Assembly: GCF_009914755.1 (NCBI RefSeq) | Contig: NC_060933.1 | Reading direction: 5' to 3' (one strand) | DNA: 64,000 nt | DNA from: the human T2T-CHM13v2.0 reference genome, Homo sapiens | Part shown: one piece after another, positions 53,101-64,000 of the stretch | Layout: each line of letters opens with the position of its first letter | How positions within the stretch are numbered: the stretch's first letter is position 1 | Translations under genes and position numbers: made by a program | The notes under the pieces: model-generated | What the model was told of the DNA's origin: nothing | Seen by the model: the letters and a program-made list of their open reading frames with translations, nothing else | Database searches by the model: none

Positions 53101-56100
53101 GAATGGAATGGAATGGAATCAACTCGATTTCAATGGAATGGAATGGAAAGGAATGGAATGGAATGAAAGGGAATGGAATGGAATGGAATGAAATTAACCC
53201 GAATAGAATGGAATGGAATGGCATGGAATGGAATGGAATGGAATGGAATGGAATGGCATGGAATGGAATGGAATGGAATTGAATGGAATGGAATAGAATG
53301 GAATCCACCCGAGTGCAGGGGAATGGAATGGAATGGAATGCAATGGAATGGAATCATACGGAAAGGAATGGAAAGGAATGGAATGGAATGGATTCAACCC
53401 GAATGGAATGGAAAGGAATGGAATAAACCCGAGTGAAATGGCATGGAAGGGAATGGAATGGAATAGAATGGTAAGGAATAGAATGGAATGGAACGAAATG
53501 GAATGGAATGGTATGGAATGGAATGGAATGGAATGGAATGGAATGGGTTCAACTAGAATGGAATGGAAAGGAATGGAATCAACCCGAGTGGAATGGCATG
53601 GAATGGAATGGAATGGAATGGAATGGAATGAAACCGATTGCAATGTAATGGAATTGAATGGAATGGAATGGAATGGAATGGAATGAATTCAACCCGAATG
53701 GAATGGAAAGGAATGGAATAAACCCGAGTGGAATGGCATGGAATGGAGTGGAATGGAATGGAATGGAATACTACGGAAGAGAATGGAATGGAACGAAATG
53801 GAATGGAATGGAATGGAATGGAATGGAATGGAATGAACACGTGAGCAATGGAATGGAATCGAATGGAATGGAATGGAATGGAACGGATTCAACTCGAATG
53901 GAATGGAAAGGAATGGAATCAACCCGAGTGGAATGGCATGGAATGGAATGGAATGGAATGGAATTAACGCAAATAGAATGGAATGGAAAGGAATGGAACG
54001 GAATGGAATGGAAAGGAATGGAATGGAATCAATCTGAGTGCAGGGGAATGGAATGGAATGGAATGCAATGGAATGGAATGGAATGGAATGCAATGGAATC
54101 ACCTCGATTGCAATGGCATGGAATGGAATGGAATGGAATGGAATGCAATGGAATGGAATCAATCAACCCGAGTGCAATAGAATGCAGTGGAATGGAATGG
54201 AATGGAATGGAATGGAATGGAATGAAATTGAATGGCAGGGAATGGAATGGAATCAACCCGAGTGCAAAGGAATGGAATGGAATGGAATGGAATGGAATGG
54301 AATGGAATGGATTCAACCCGAATGGAATGGAAAGGAATGGAATAAACCTGAGTGGAATGGCATGGAATGGAATGGAATGGAATGGAATGGTACGGAATAG
54401 AATGGAATGGAACGAAATGGAATGGAATGGAATGGAATGGAATGGAATCAACCTGAGTGCAATGGAATGGAGTGGAATGGAATGTAATGGAATGGAAACA
54501 ACCCGAATGGAATGGAATGTAATGGAGTGTAAGGGAATTGAATACAATCAATCCGAATGTAATGGAATGGAATGGAACGGAATGGAATGGAATGGAATGC
54601 AGTGGAATGGAATCAAACCTAGTGCAATGGAATGGAATGGAATGGAATGGAATGGAATGGAGTGGAATGGAATGGAATCAATCTGAGTGCAGGGGAATGG
54701 AATGGAATGGAATGCAATGGAATCGAATGGAATGCAATGGAATGGAATGGAATGCAATGGAATCAACTAGATTGCAATGGGATGGAATGGAATGGAATGG
54801 AATGGAAGGGAATGGAATGGAATGGAATTAACCTGAACAGAATGGAATGGAATGGAATGGAACGGAATGGAAGGGAATGGAATGGAATGGAATTAACCTG
54901 AACAGAATGGAATGGAATGGAATGGAATGGAATGGAATGGAATGGAATGGAATGCAATGGAAGGGGATCAACCCGAGTGCAGGGGAATGGAATGGAATGG
55001 AATGCAATGGAATGGAATCAATCAACCCGAGTGCAATAGAATGCAGTGGAATGGAATGGAATGGAATGGAAAGTACCCGAATGGAAAGGAATGTAATGGA
55101 GTGTAAGGGAATTAAAAAGAATCAATCCGAATGTAATGGAATGGAATGGAACGGAATGGAATGGAATGGAATGGAATGGAATGGAATGGAATGGAATAGC
55201 ATGGAATGGAATGGAATCAACCCGAGTTCAATGGAATGGAATCGAATGGAATGGAGTGGAATGGAATGGATTCAACCCGAATGGAATGGAAAGGAATGGA
55301 ATAAACCCGAGTGAAATGGCATGGAAGGGAATGGAATGGAATGGAATGGTAAGGAATAGAATGGAATGGAACGAAATGGAATGGAATGGAATGGAATGGA
55401 ATGGAATGGAATGGAATGGAATGAACCCGTGTGCAATGGAATGGAATGGAATGGAATGGAATGGGTTCAACTAGAATGGAATGGAAAGGAATGGAATCAA
55501 CCCGAGTGGAATGGCATGGAATGGAATGGAAAAGAATGGAATGGAATGGAATGGAATGGAATGGAATGGAATGGAATGAAATGGAATGGAAGGGAATGGA
55601 TTGAAATGGAATGGAATGGAATGGAATCAACCCGAGTGCAATGTAATGGAATTGAATGGAATGGAATGGAATGTAATGGAATGAATTCAACCCGAATGGA
55701 ATGGAAAGGAATGGAATAAACCCGAGTGGAAAGGCATGGAATGGAGTGGAATGGAATGGAAGAGAATACTACGGAAGAGAATGGAATGGAACGAAATGGA
55801 ATGGAATGGAATGGAATGGAATGGAATGGAATGAACACGTGAGCAATGGAATGCAATGGAATGGAATGGAATGGAATGGAATGGATTCAACTCGAATGGA
55901 ATGGAAAGGAATGGAATCAACCCGAGTGGAATGGCATGGAATGGAATGGAATGGAATTTAATGGAACGGAATGGAATGGAATCAATTCGATTGCAAAGGA
56001 ATGTAATGGAATGGAATGGAACGGAATTAACGCAAATAGAATGGAATGGAAAGGAATGGAACGGAATGGAATGGAAAGGAATGGAATGGAATCAATCTGA

Positions 56101-59100
56101 GTGCAGGGGAATGGAATGGAATGGAATGGAATGGAATGGAATGGAATGGAATGGAATGGATTCAACCCAAATGGAATGGAAAGGAATGGAATAAACCCGA
56201 GTGGAATGGCATGGAAGGGAATGGAATGGAATGGAATGGTACGGAGTAGAATGGAATGGAACGAAATGGAAAGGAATGGAAAGGAATGGAATGGAACGGA
56301 ATGAACCCGTGAGAAATGGAATGGAATGGAATGGGTTCAATTCGAATGTAATGGAAAGGAATGGAATCAACCCGAGTGCAATGGCATGGAATGGAATGGA
56401 ATGGAATGGAATGGAATGGAATGGAATGGAATGGATTCAACCCGAATGGAATGGAAAGGAATGGAATAAACCCGAGTGGAATGGCATGGAATGGAGTGGA
56501 ATGGAATGGAATGGAATGGAATGGAATGGAATGGAATTAACCCTAATAGAATGGTATGGAATGGAATGGAATGGAATGGAATGGAAGGGAATGGAATGGA
56601 ATGGAATGGAATTAACCCGAATAGAATGGAATGGAATGGAATGGAATGGAATGGAATGGAATGGAATCAACTCGATTTCAATGGAATGGAATGGAATGGA
56701 ATGGAAGGGAATGGAATGGAATGGAATAAAATTAACCCGAATAGAATGGAATGGAATGGAATGGAAAGGAATGGAATGGAATAGAATGGAATCCAACCGA
56801 GTGCAGGGGAATGGAATGGAATGGAATGCAATGTAATGGAATCATACGGAATGGAATGGAATGGAATGGAATGCAATGGAATGGAATGGAATCAACCCGA
56901 TTGCAATGGAATGGAGTGGAATGGAATGGAATGGAATGGAAACAACCCGAATGGAATGGAATGGAAAGGAATCGAATGGAATCAACCTGAGTGCAGGGGA
57001 ATGGAATGGAATGGAATGCAATGGAATGTAATGGAATGGAATGCAATGGAATCAACTCGATTGCAATGGGATGGAATGGAATGGAATTTAAGGGAAAGGA
57101 ATGGAATGGAATTAACCTGAACAGAATGGAATGGAATGGAATGGAACGGAATGGAATGGAATGGAATGGAATGGAATGAACCCGTGTGCAATGGAATGGA
57201 ATGGAATGGAATGGAATGGAATGGAATGGGTTCAACACGAATGGAAGGGAAAGGAATGGAATCAACACGAGTGGAATGGCATGGAATGGAATGGAATGGA
57301 ATGGAATGGAATGGAATGAAATGAAATGTAATGGAATGGAATGGAATGGAATTAACCCGAGTGCAGTGTAATGGAATCGAATGGAATGGAATGGAATGGA
57401 ATGGATTCAACACGAATGGAATGGAAGGGAAGGGAATAAACCCGAGTGGAATGGCATGGAGTGGAGTGGAATGGATTGGAAAGGAATAGAATGGAATGGT
57501 ACGGAATAGAATGGAATGGAACGAAATGGAATGGAATGGAATGCAATGGAATGGAATGGAATGGAATGGAATCAACCCGAGTGCAGGGGAATGGAATGGA
57601 ATTGAAGGCAATGGAATGGAATCATCCGGAATTGAATGGAATGGAATGGAATCAACTCGATTGCAATGGAATGGAATGGAATGGAATGGAATGGAATGGA
57701 ATGGAATGGAATGGAATGCAATGGAATGGAATGGAATTAACCCGAATAGAATGGAATGGAATGCAATGGAAGTAAATGGAATGGAAGGTAATGAACCCGA
57801 GTGCAGGGGAATGGAATGGAATGGAATGCAATGGAATGGAGTCATCCGGAATGGAACGGAAAGGAATGGAATGGAACCAACCCGTGTGCAATGGAATTGA
57901 AAGGAATGGAATGGAATGGAATGGAATGGAATGGAATGGATTCAACCCGAATGGAATGGAAAGGAAGGGAATCAACCCAAGTGGAATGGCATGGAATGGA
58001 ATGGATTGGAATGGAATGGAATGGAATGCTACCGAATAGAATGGAATGGAACGAAATGGAGTAGAATGGAATGGAATGGAATGCAATCAACCCGAATGCA
58101 ATGGAATGGAGTGGAATGGATTGGAATGGAATGGAAACAACCTGAATGGAATGGAATGAAATGGAGTGTAAGGGAATTGAATACAATCAAACCGAATGTA
58201 ATGGAATGGAATGGAACGGAATGGAATGGAATGGAATAGAATGGAATGCAGTGGAATGGAATCAAACCTAGTGCAATGGAATGGAATGGAATGGAATGGA
58301 AATGAATAGAATGGAATGGAATGGAATGGAATGGAATGGAATGGAATGGATTCAACCCGAATGGAATGGAAATGAATGGAATAAACCCGAGTGGAATGGC
58401 ATGGAATGCAAAGGAATGGAATGGAATGGTACGGAATAGAATGGAAAAGAACGAAATGGAATGGAATGGAATGGAATGGAATGGAATGGAAGGGAATGGA
58501 ATGGAATGCAGTGGAATGGAATCAAACCTAGTGCAATGGAATGGAATGGAATGGAATGGAATGGAATGGAATGGAATGGAATGGAATGGATTGGATTCAA
58601 CCCAAATGGAATGGAAAGCAATGGAATAAACCCGAGTGGAATGACATGGAAGGCCATGGAATGGAATGGAATGGTAAGGAATAGAATGGAATGGAACGAA
58701 ATGGAATGGAATGGAATGGAATGAAATGGAATGGAATGAACCCGTGTGCAATGGAATGGAATGGAATGGAATGGAATGGAATGGAATGGGTTCAACTAGA
58801 ATGGAATGGAAAGGAATGGAATCAACCCGAGTGGAAACGCATGGAATGGAATGGAATGGAATGGAGTGAAATGGAATGGAAGGGAATGGATTGAAATGGA
58901 ATGGAATGGAATGGAATCAACCCGAGTGCAACGTAATGGAATGGAATGGAATGGAATGTAATGGAATGAATTCAACCCGAATGGAATGGAAAGGAATGGA
59001 AAAAACCCGAGTGGAATGGCAAGGAATGGAGTGGAATGGAATGGAATGGAATACTACGGAAGAGAATGGAATGGAACGAAATGGAATGGAATGGAATGGA

Positions 59101-62100
59101 ATGGGTTCAACTCGAATGGAATGGAATGGAATGGGTTCAACTCGAAAGGAATGGAAAAGAAAGGAATCAACCCGAGTGGAATGGCATGGAATGGAATGGA
59201 ATGGAATGGAATGGAATGGAATGGAATGGTACGGAATAGAATGGAATGGAACGAAATGGAAAGGAATGGAATGCAATGGAATGGAATGGAATGGAATGGA
59301 ATCAACCCGAGTGCAGGGGAATGGAATGGAATGGAAGGCAATGGAAGGGAATCATCAAGAATTGAATGGAATGGAATGGAATGGAATGGAATGCAATGGA
59401 ATGGAATGGAATGAACTCGATTGAAATGGAATGGAATGGAATGGAATGGAATGGAATGGAATGGAATGGAATTAACCCTAATAGAATGGAATGGAATGGA
59501 ATGGAATGGAATGGAATGGAATGGAATTAACCTGAATAGAATGGAATGCATTGGAACGGAATGGAATGGAATGGAATGGAATGGAATGGAATGGAATGGA
59601 ATGGAATGGAATGCAATCATTCCGAGTGGAATAGAAGGGAATGAATTCGACTGGAATGGAAAGGAATGGAATCAACCAGAGTGGAATGGAAGGGAAAGGA
59701 ATGGAATGGAAACTAATAAAATGGAATCAAAACGAGTGGAATGGAATGGAAAGGACTTGAATGGAATGGAATGGAATGGAATGGAATGGAATGGAATGGA
59801 ATGGAATCAACTCGATTTCAATGGAATGGAATGGAAAGGAATGGAATGGAATGAAAGGGAATGGAATGGAATGGAATGAAATTAACCCGAATAGAATGGA
59901 ATGGAATGGCATGGAATGGAATGGAATGGAATGGAATAGAATGGAATCCATCCGAGTGCAGGGGAATGGAATGGAATGGAATGCAATGGAATGGAATCAT
60001 ACGGAAAGGAATGGAATGGAATGGAATGGAATGGATTCAACCCGAATGGAATGGAAAGGAACGGAATCAACCCGAGTGGAATGGCATGGAATGGAATGCA
60101 ATGGAATGGAATGGAATGTTACGGAATAGAAAGGAATGGAACGAAATGGAATGGAATGGAATGGAATGGAATGGAATGGAATGGAATCAACCTGACTGAA
60201 ATGGAATGGAGTGGAATGGAATGTAATGGACTGGAAACAGCCCGAATGGAATGGAATGTAATGGAGTGTAAGGGAATTGAGTACAATCAGTACGAATGTA
60301 ATGGAATGGAATGGAACGGAATGGAATGGAATGGAAAGGAATGGAATCAACACGAGTGCAGGGGAATGGAATGGAATGGAATGCAATGGAATGGAATCAT
60401 CCTGAATGGAATGGAATGGAATGGAATCAACCCGAGTGCAGAGGAATGGAATGGAATGGAAGGCAATGGATTGGAATGAAATGGAATGGCATGGAATGGA
60501 ATGGAATCAACCCGAGTTCAATGGAATTGAATGGAATGGAATGGAATGGAATGGAATGGAATCAACTCTTTTGCAATGGAATGGAATGGAATGGAATGGA
60601 ATGGAATGGAATGGAATGGAATGGAATTAACCCTAATAGAATGGAATGGAATGGAATGAAAAGGAATGGAATGGAATGGAATGGAAGGGAATGGAATGGA
60701 ATGGAATGGAATTAACCCGAATAGAATGGAATGGAATGCAATTGAATGGAATGGAATGGAATGGAATCAACTCGATTTCAATGGAATGGAATGGAATGGA
60801 ATGGAATGCAATGGAATGGAATGGAATGGAATAGAATGGAATCCACCCGAGTGCAGGGGAATGGAATGGAATAGAATGCAATGGAATGGAATCATACTGA
60901 ATGGAATGGAATGGAATGGAATGGAAACAACCCGAATGGAATGGAATGTGATGGATTGTAAGGGAATTGAATAGAAAAAATCCGAATGTAATGGAATTGA
61001 ATGGAACGGAATGGAATGGATTGGAATGGAATGGAATGGAATGGAATGGAATGGAATGCAATGGAATGGGATCAACCCGAGTGCAATGGAATGGAATCAA
61101 AAGGAATGGAATGGAATGGAAAGGCTTCACCCGGAATGGAATGGAAAGGAATGGAATCAACCCGAGTGGAATGGAATGGAATGGAATGGAATGGAATGGA
61201 ATGGAATGGAATGCAATGGAATGGAACGGAATGGAATCAACCCGATTGCAATGAAATTGAATGGAATGGAATGGAATGGAATGGAATTAACCCGAATAGA
61301 ATGGAATGGAATTGAATGGAATGGTACGGAATGGAATGGAACGGAATGGAATGGAATGGAATTGAATGGAATCAACCCGGGTGCAGGGGAATGCAATTGA
61401 ATGGAAGGCAATGGAATGCAATCATCCGGAATGGAATGGAATGGAATGGAATGGAATGGTTTCAACCCGAATGGAATGGAATGGAAAGGAATCAACCCGA
61501 GAGGAATGGCATGGAATGGAATGGAATGGAATGGAATAGAATGGAATGGAATGGTATGTAATAGAATGTAATGGAACGAAATGGAATGGAAGGGAATGGA
61601 ATGGAATGGAATGGAATCAACCCGACTGCAATGGAATGGAGTGGAATGGAATGGAATGGAATGGAAACAACCCAAATGGAATGGAATGTAATGGAGTGTA
61701 AGGGAATTGAATACAATCAATACGAATGTAATGGAATGGAATGGAACGGAATGGAATGGAATGGAATGGAATGGAATGCAGTGGAATGGAATCAAACCTA
61801 GTGCAATGGAATGGAATGCAATGGAATGGAATGGAATGGAATGGAATGGAATGGAATGGAATGGAATGGAATGGATTCAACCCAAATGGAATGGAAAGCA
61901 ATGGAATGAACCCGAGTGCAATGGCATAGAACGGAATGGAATGGAATGGTATGGAATAGAATGGAATGGAAAGAAATGGAATGGAATGGAATAGAATGGA
62001 ACAGGAATGGAATGGAAAGGAATGGAATGGAATGGAATGGAATAGAATGGAATGGAACGAAATGGAATGGAATGGAACGGAATGGAATGGAATCAATCCG

Positions 62101-64000
62101 AGTGGAATAGAAGGGAATGCAATCGAGTAGAATGGAAAGGAATGGAATCAACCAGAGTGGAATGGAAGGGAATGGAATGGAATGGAAACTAATAAAATGG
62201 AATCAACACGAGTGGAATGGAATGGAAAGGACTTGAATGGAATGGAATGGAATGGAATGGAATCAACTCGATTGCAATGGAATGTAATGGAATGGAATGG
62301 AATGGAATTAATGCGAATAGAATGGATTGGAATGGAATGGAACGGAATGGAATGGAATGGAATGGAATGGAATCAAAATGAGTGCAGGGGAATGGAATGG
62401 AATGGAATGGAATAGAATGGAATGGAATGGAAGGGAATGGAATGGAATGGAATTAACCTGAACAGAATGGAATGGAATGGAATGGAACGGAATGGAATGG
62501 AATGGAATGGAATGGAATCCACCCGAGTTCAGGGGAATGGAATGGAATGGAATGCAATGGAATGGAATCAATCAACCCGAGTGCAATAGAATGCAGTGGA
62601 ATGGAATGGAATGGAATGGAAAGTACCCGAATGGAATGGAATGTAATGGAGTGTAAGGGAATTAAAAAGAATCAATACGAATGTAATTGAATGGAATGGA
62701 ACGGAATAGAATGGAATGGAATGGAATGGAATGGAATGAAATGGAATGGCATGGAATGGAATGGAATCAACCCGAGTGCAATGGAATGGAATCGAATGGA
62801 ATGGAAGGGAATGGAATGGATTGAACCCGAATGGAATGGAAAGGAATGGAATAAACCCGAGTGGAATGGCATGGAATGGAATGGAATGGAATGGAATGGT
62901 ACGGAATAGAATGGAAAAGAACGAAATGGAATGGAATGGAATGGAATGGAATGAACCCGTGTGCAATGGAATGGAATGGAATGGATTGGAATGGAATGGG
63001 TTCAACTCGAAAGGAATGGAAAGGAATGGAATCAACCCGAGTGGAATGGCATGGAATCGAATGGAAAGGAATGGTATGGAATGGAATGGAATGGAATGGA
63101 ATGGAATGGAATGGAATGGAATGGAATGAAATGGAATGGAATGGAATGGAATGGAATCAACCCGAGTGTAATGTAATGGAATCGAATGGAATGGAATGGA
63201 ATGGAATGGATTCAACCCAAATGGAATGGAAAGGAATGGAATCAACCCGAGTGGAATGGCATGGAATGGACTGGAATGGAATGGAATGGAATGGAATGGT
63301 ACGGAATAGAATGGAATGGAACGAAATGGAATGGAATGGAATGGAATGGAATGGAATGGAATGGAATGGAATGAACCCGTGTGCAATGGAATGGAATCGA
63401 ATGGAATGGAATGGAATGGAAAGGATACAACTCGAATGGAATGGAAAGGAATGAAATCAACCCGAGTGGAATGGCATGGACTGGAATGGAATGGAATGGC
63501 ACGGAATGGAATGGAATTGAATTGTACGGATTAGAATCGAATGGAATGAAATGGAATGGAATGGAATGGAATGGAATGGAATGGAATGGAATGGAAACAA
63601 ACCGAGTGCATGATAATGGAATGGAATGAAAGGCAATGGAATGGAATCATCCGGAATGGAATGGAATGGAATGGAATGGAATGGAATGGAATGGAATCAA
63701 CTCGATTTCAATGGAATGGAATGGAATGGAATGCAATGCAATGGAAGGGAATGGAATGGAATGGAATGAAATTAACCCGAATGGAATGGAATGGAATGGA
63801 ATGGAATGGAATGGAATAGAATGGAATCCACCCGAGTGCAGGGGAATGGAATGGAATGGAATGCAATGGAATGGAATCATACGGAATGGAATGGAATGGA
63901 ATGGAATGCTATGGAATGGAATGGAATCAACCCGATTGCAATGGAATGGAGTGGAATGGAATGGAATGGAATGGAAACAACCCGAATGGAATGGAATGTA
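47101..64000 (+). repeat. HSat3 sub-array 2 (different, more diverged variant set)
   Basis: Motifs GGCTTCACCC, CAAACCTAGTGC, GAACCCGTGTGC, GGGTTCAACT, CAATCAACCCGAGTGCAATAGAATGCAGTGG, AAAGTACCCG, TTAAAAAGA and CATACGG appear only here. Confidence 0.85.
61070..62420 (+). repeat. Diverged paralog of 47118-48430 (about 13.95-13.99 kb offset)
   Basis: Same ordered rare motifs: AAGGCTTCACCC, CCCGGGTGCAGGGGAATGCAATTG, GGTTTCAAC, TACAATCAATACG, CAAACCTAG, AAACTAATAAAA, TTAATGCG. ORF offsets 47513/61492 and 48197/62182. Confidence 0.88.

Larger units (their letters stand above)
1..64000 (+). repeat. Satellite III (HSat3) array, (GGAAT)n with interspersed CAACCCGA(G/A)T-type decamers
   Basis: Uninterrupted GGAAT pentamers on the + strand, punctuated by CAACCCGAGT, TAACCCGAAT, CAACTCGATT and CAACGCGAGT. 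This is the established signature of satellite III, as distinct from HSat2. Confidence 0.98.

Noticed and set aside
36601-62000. AATAAA hexamers (in GGAATAAACCCG, GAATAAAATC, CTAATAAAA) as poly(A) signals
   Set aside because: They are single-base variants of the AATCAA/AATAGA words, with no GU- or U-rich downstream element and no transcript evidence.
1-64000. Hundreds of ORFs up to 491 aa (MEWNG repeats on +, IPFHS repeats on -), e.g. 3309-4784 and 5316-6548
   Set aside because: (GGAAT)n has no stop codon in any frame on either strand and has an ATG every 5 bp, so long ORFs are expected. No domain, promoter or splice evidence. Only ribosome profiling or proteomics could rescue them.
1-64000. 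CRISPR-like alternation of conserved words and spacers
   Set aside because: The spacers are variable-length GGAAT runs, not unique sequences. There is no leader and no cas gene.
1-64000. Assignment as HSat2, DYZ1, alpha satellite or telomeric repeat
   Set aside because: No HSat2-type ATCATCGAATGG pattern, no 171 bp monomer and no TTAGGG. Long pure GGAAT runs with CAACCCGAGT fit HSat3. The 3.4 kb period alone does not justify a DYZ1 call.
1-64000. EWS-FLI1-type GGAA microsatellite enhancers
   Set aside because: Those require tandem (GGAA)n tetramers. This array is a pentamer repeat.
1-64000. Strand inversion or transposon insertion within the array
   Set aside because: No (ATTCC)n tract and no non-satellite segment was seen on the + strand.

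Overview
The whole 64 kb window is classical human-type satellite III (HSat3): (GGAAT)n on the + strand, broken every few dozen bases by variant decamers of the CAACCCGA(G/A)T type. I see no genes, RNA genes, transposons, unique sequence or strand inversions. All ORFs are MEWNG/IPFHS translations of the pentamer, and I find no protein-based system. The array does have internal structure. (1) Two sub-arrays with different variant vocabularies meet at about 47.1 kb. (2) The left domain is built from an ordered set of cassettes (full unit about 1.7-1.9 kb) and includes a block resembling my recollection of the chr9q12 clone pHuR98. (3) It carries nested tandem duplications: about 11.4/12.7 kb containing 2 vs 3 copies of a 1.32 kb unit, about 4.4 kb containing an 80 bp duplication, and about 1.27 kb. 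(4) One left-domain variant, GGAAT-CTTCC-GGAAT, is a perfect nGAAn-nTTCn-nGAAn heat shock element. It occurs about 40 times before 47.1 kb, and I found none after. (5) The right domain looks more diverged, with about 14 kb and about 3.4 kb periodicities. Boundaries fall in pure GGAAT runs and are approximate. Counts were made by eye.
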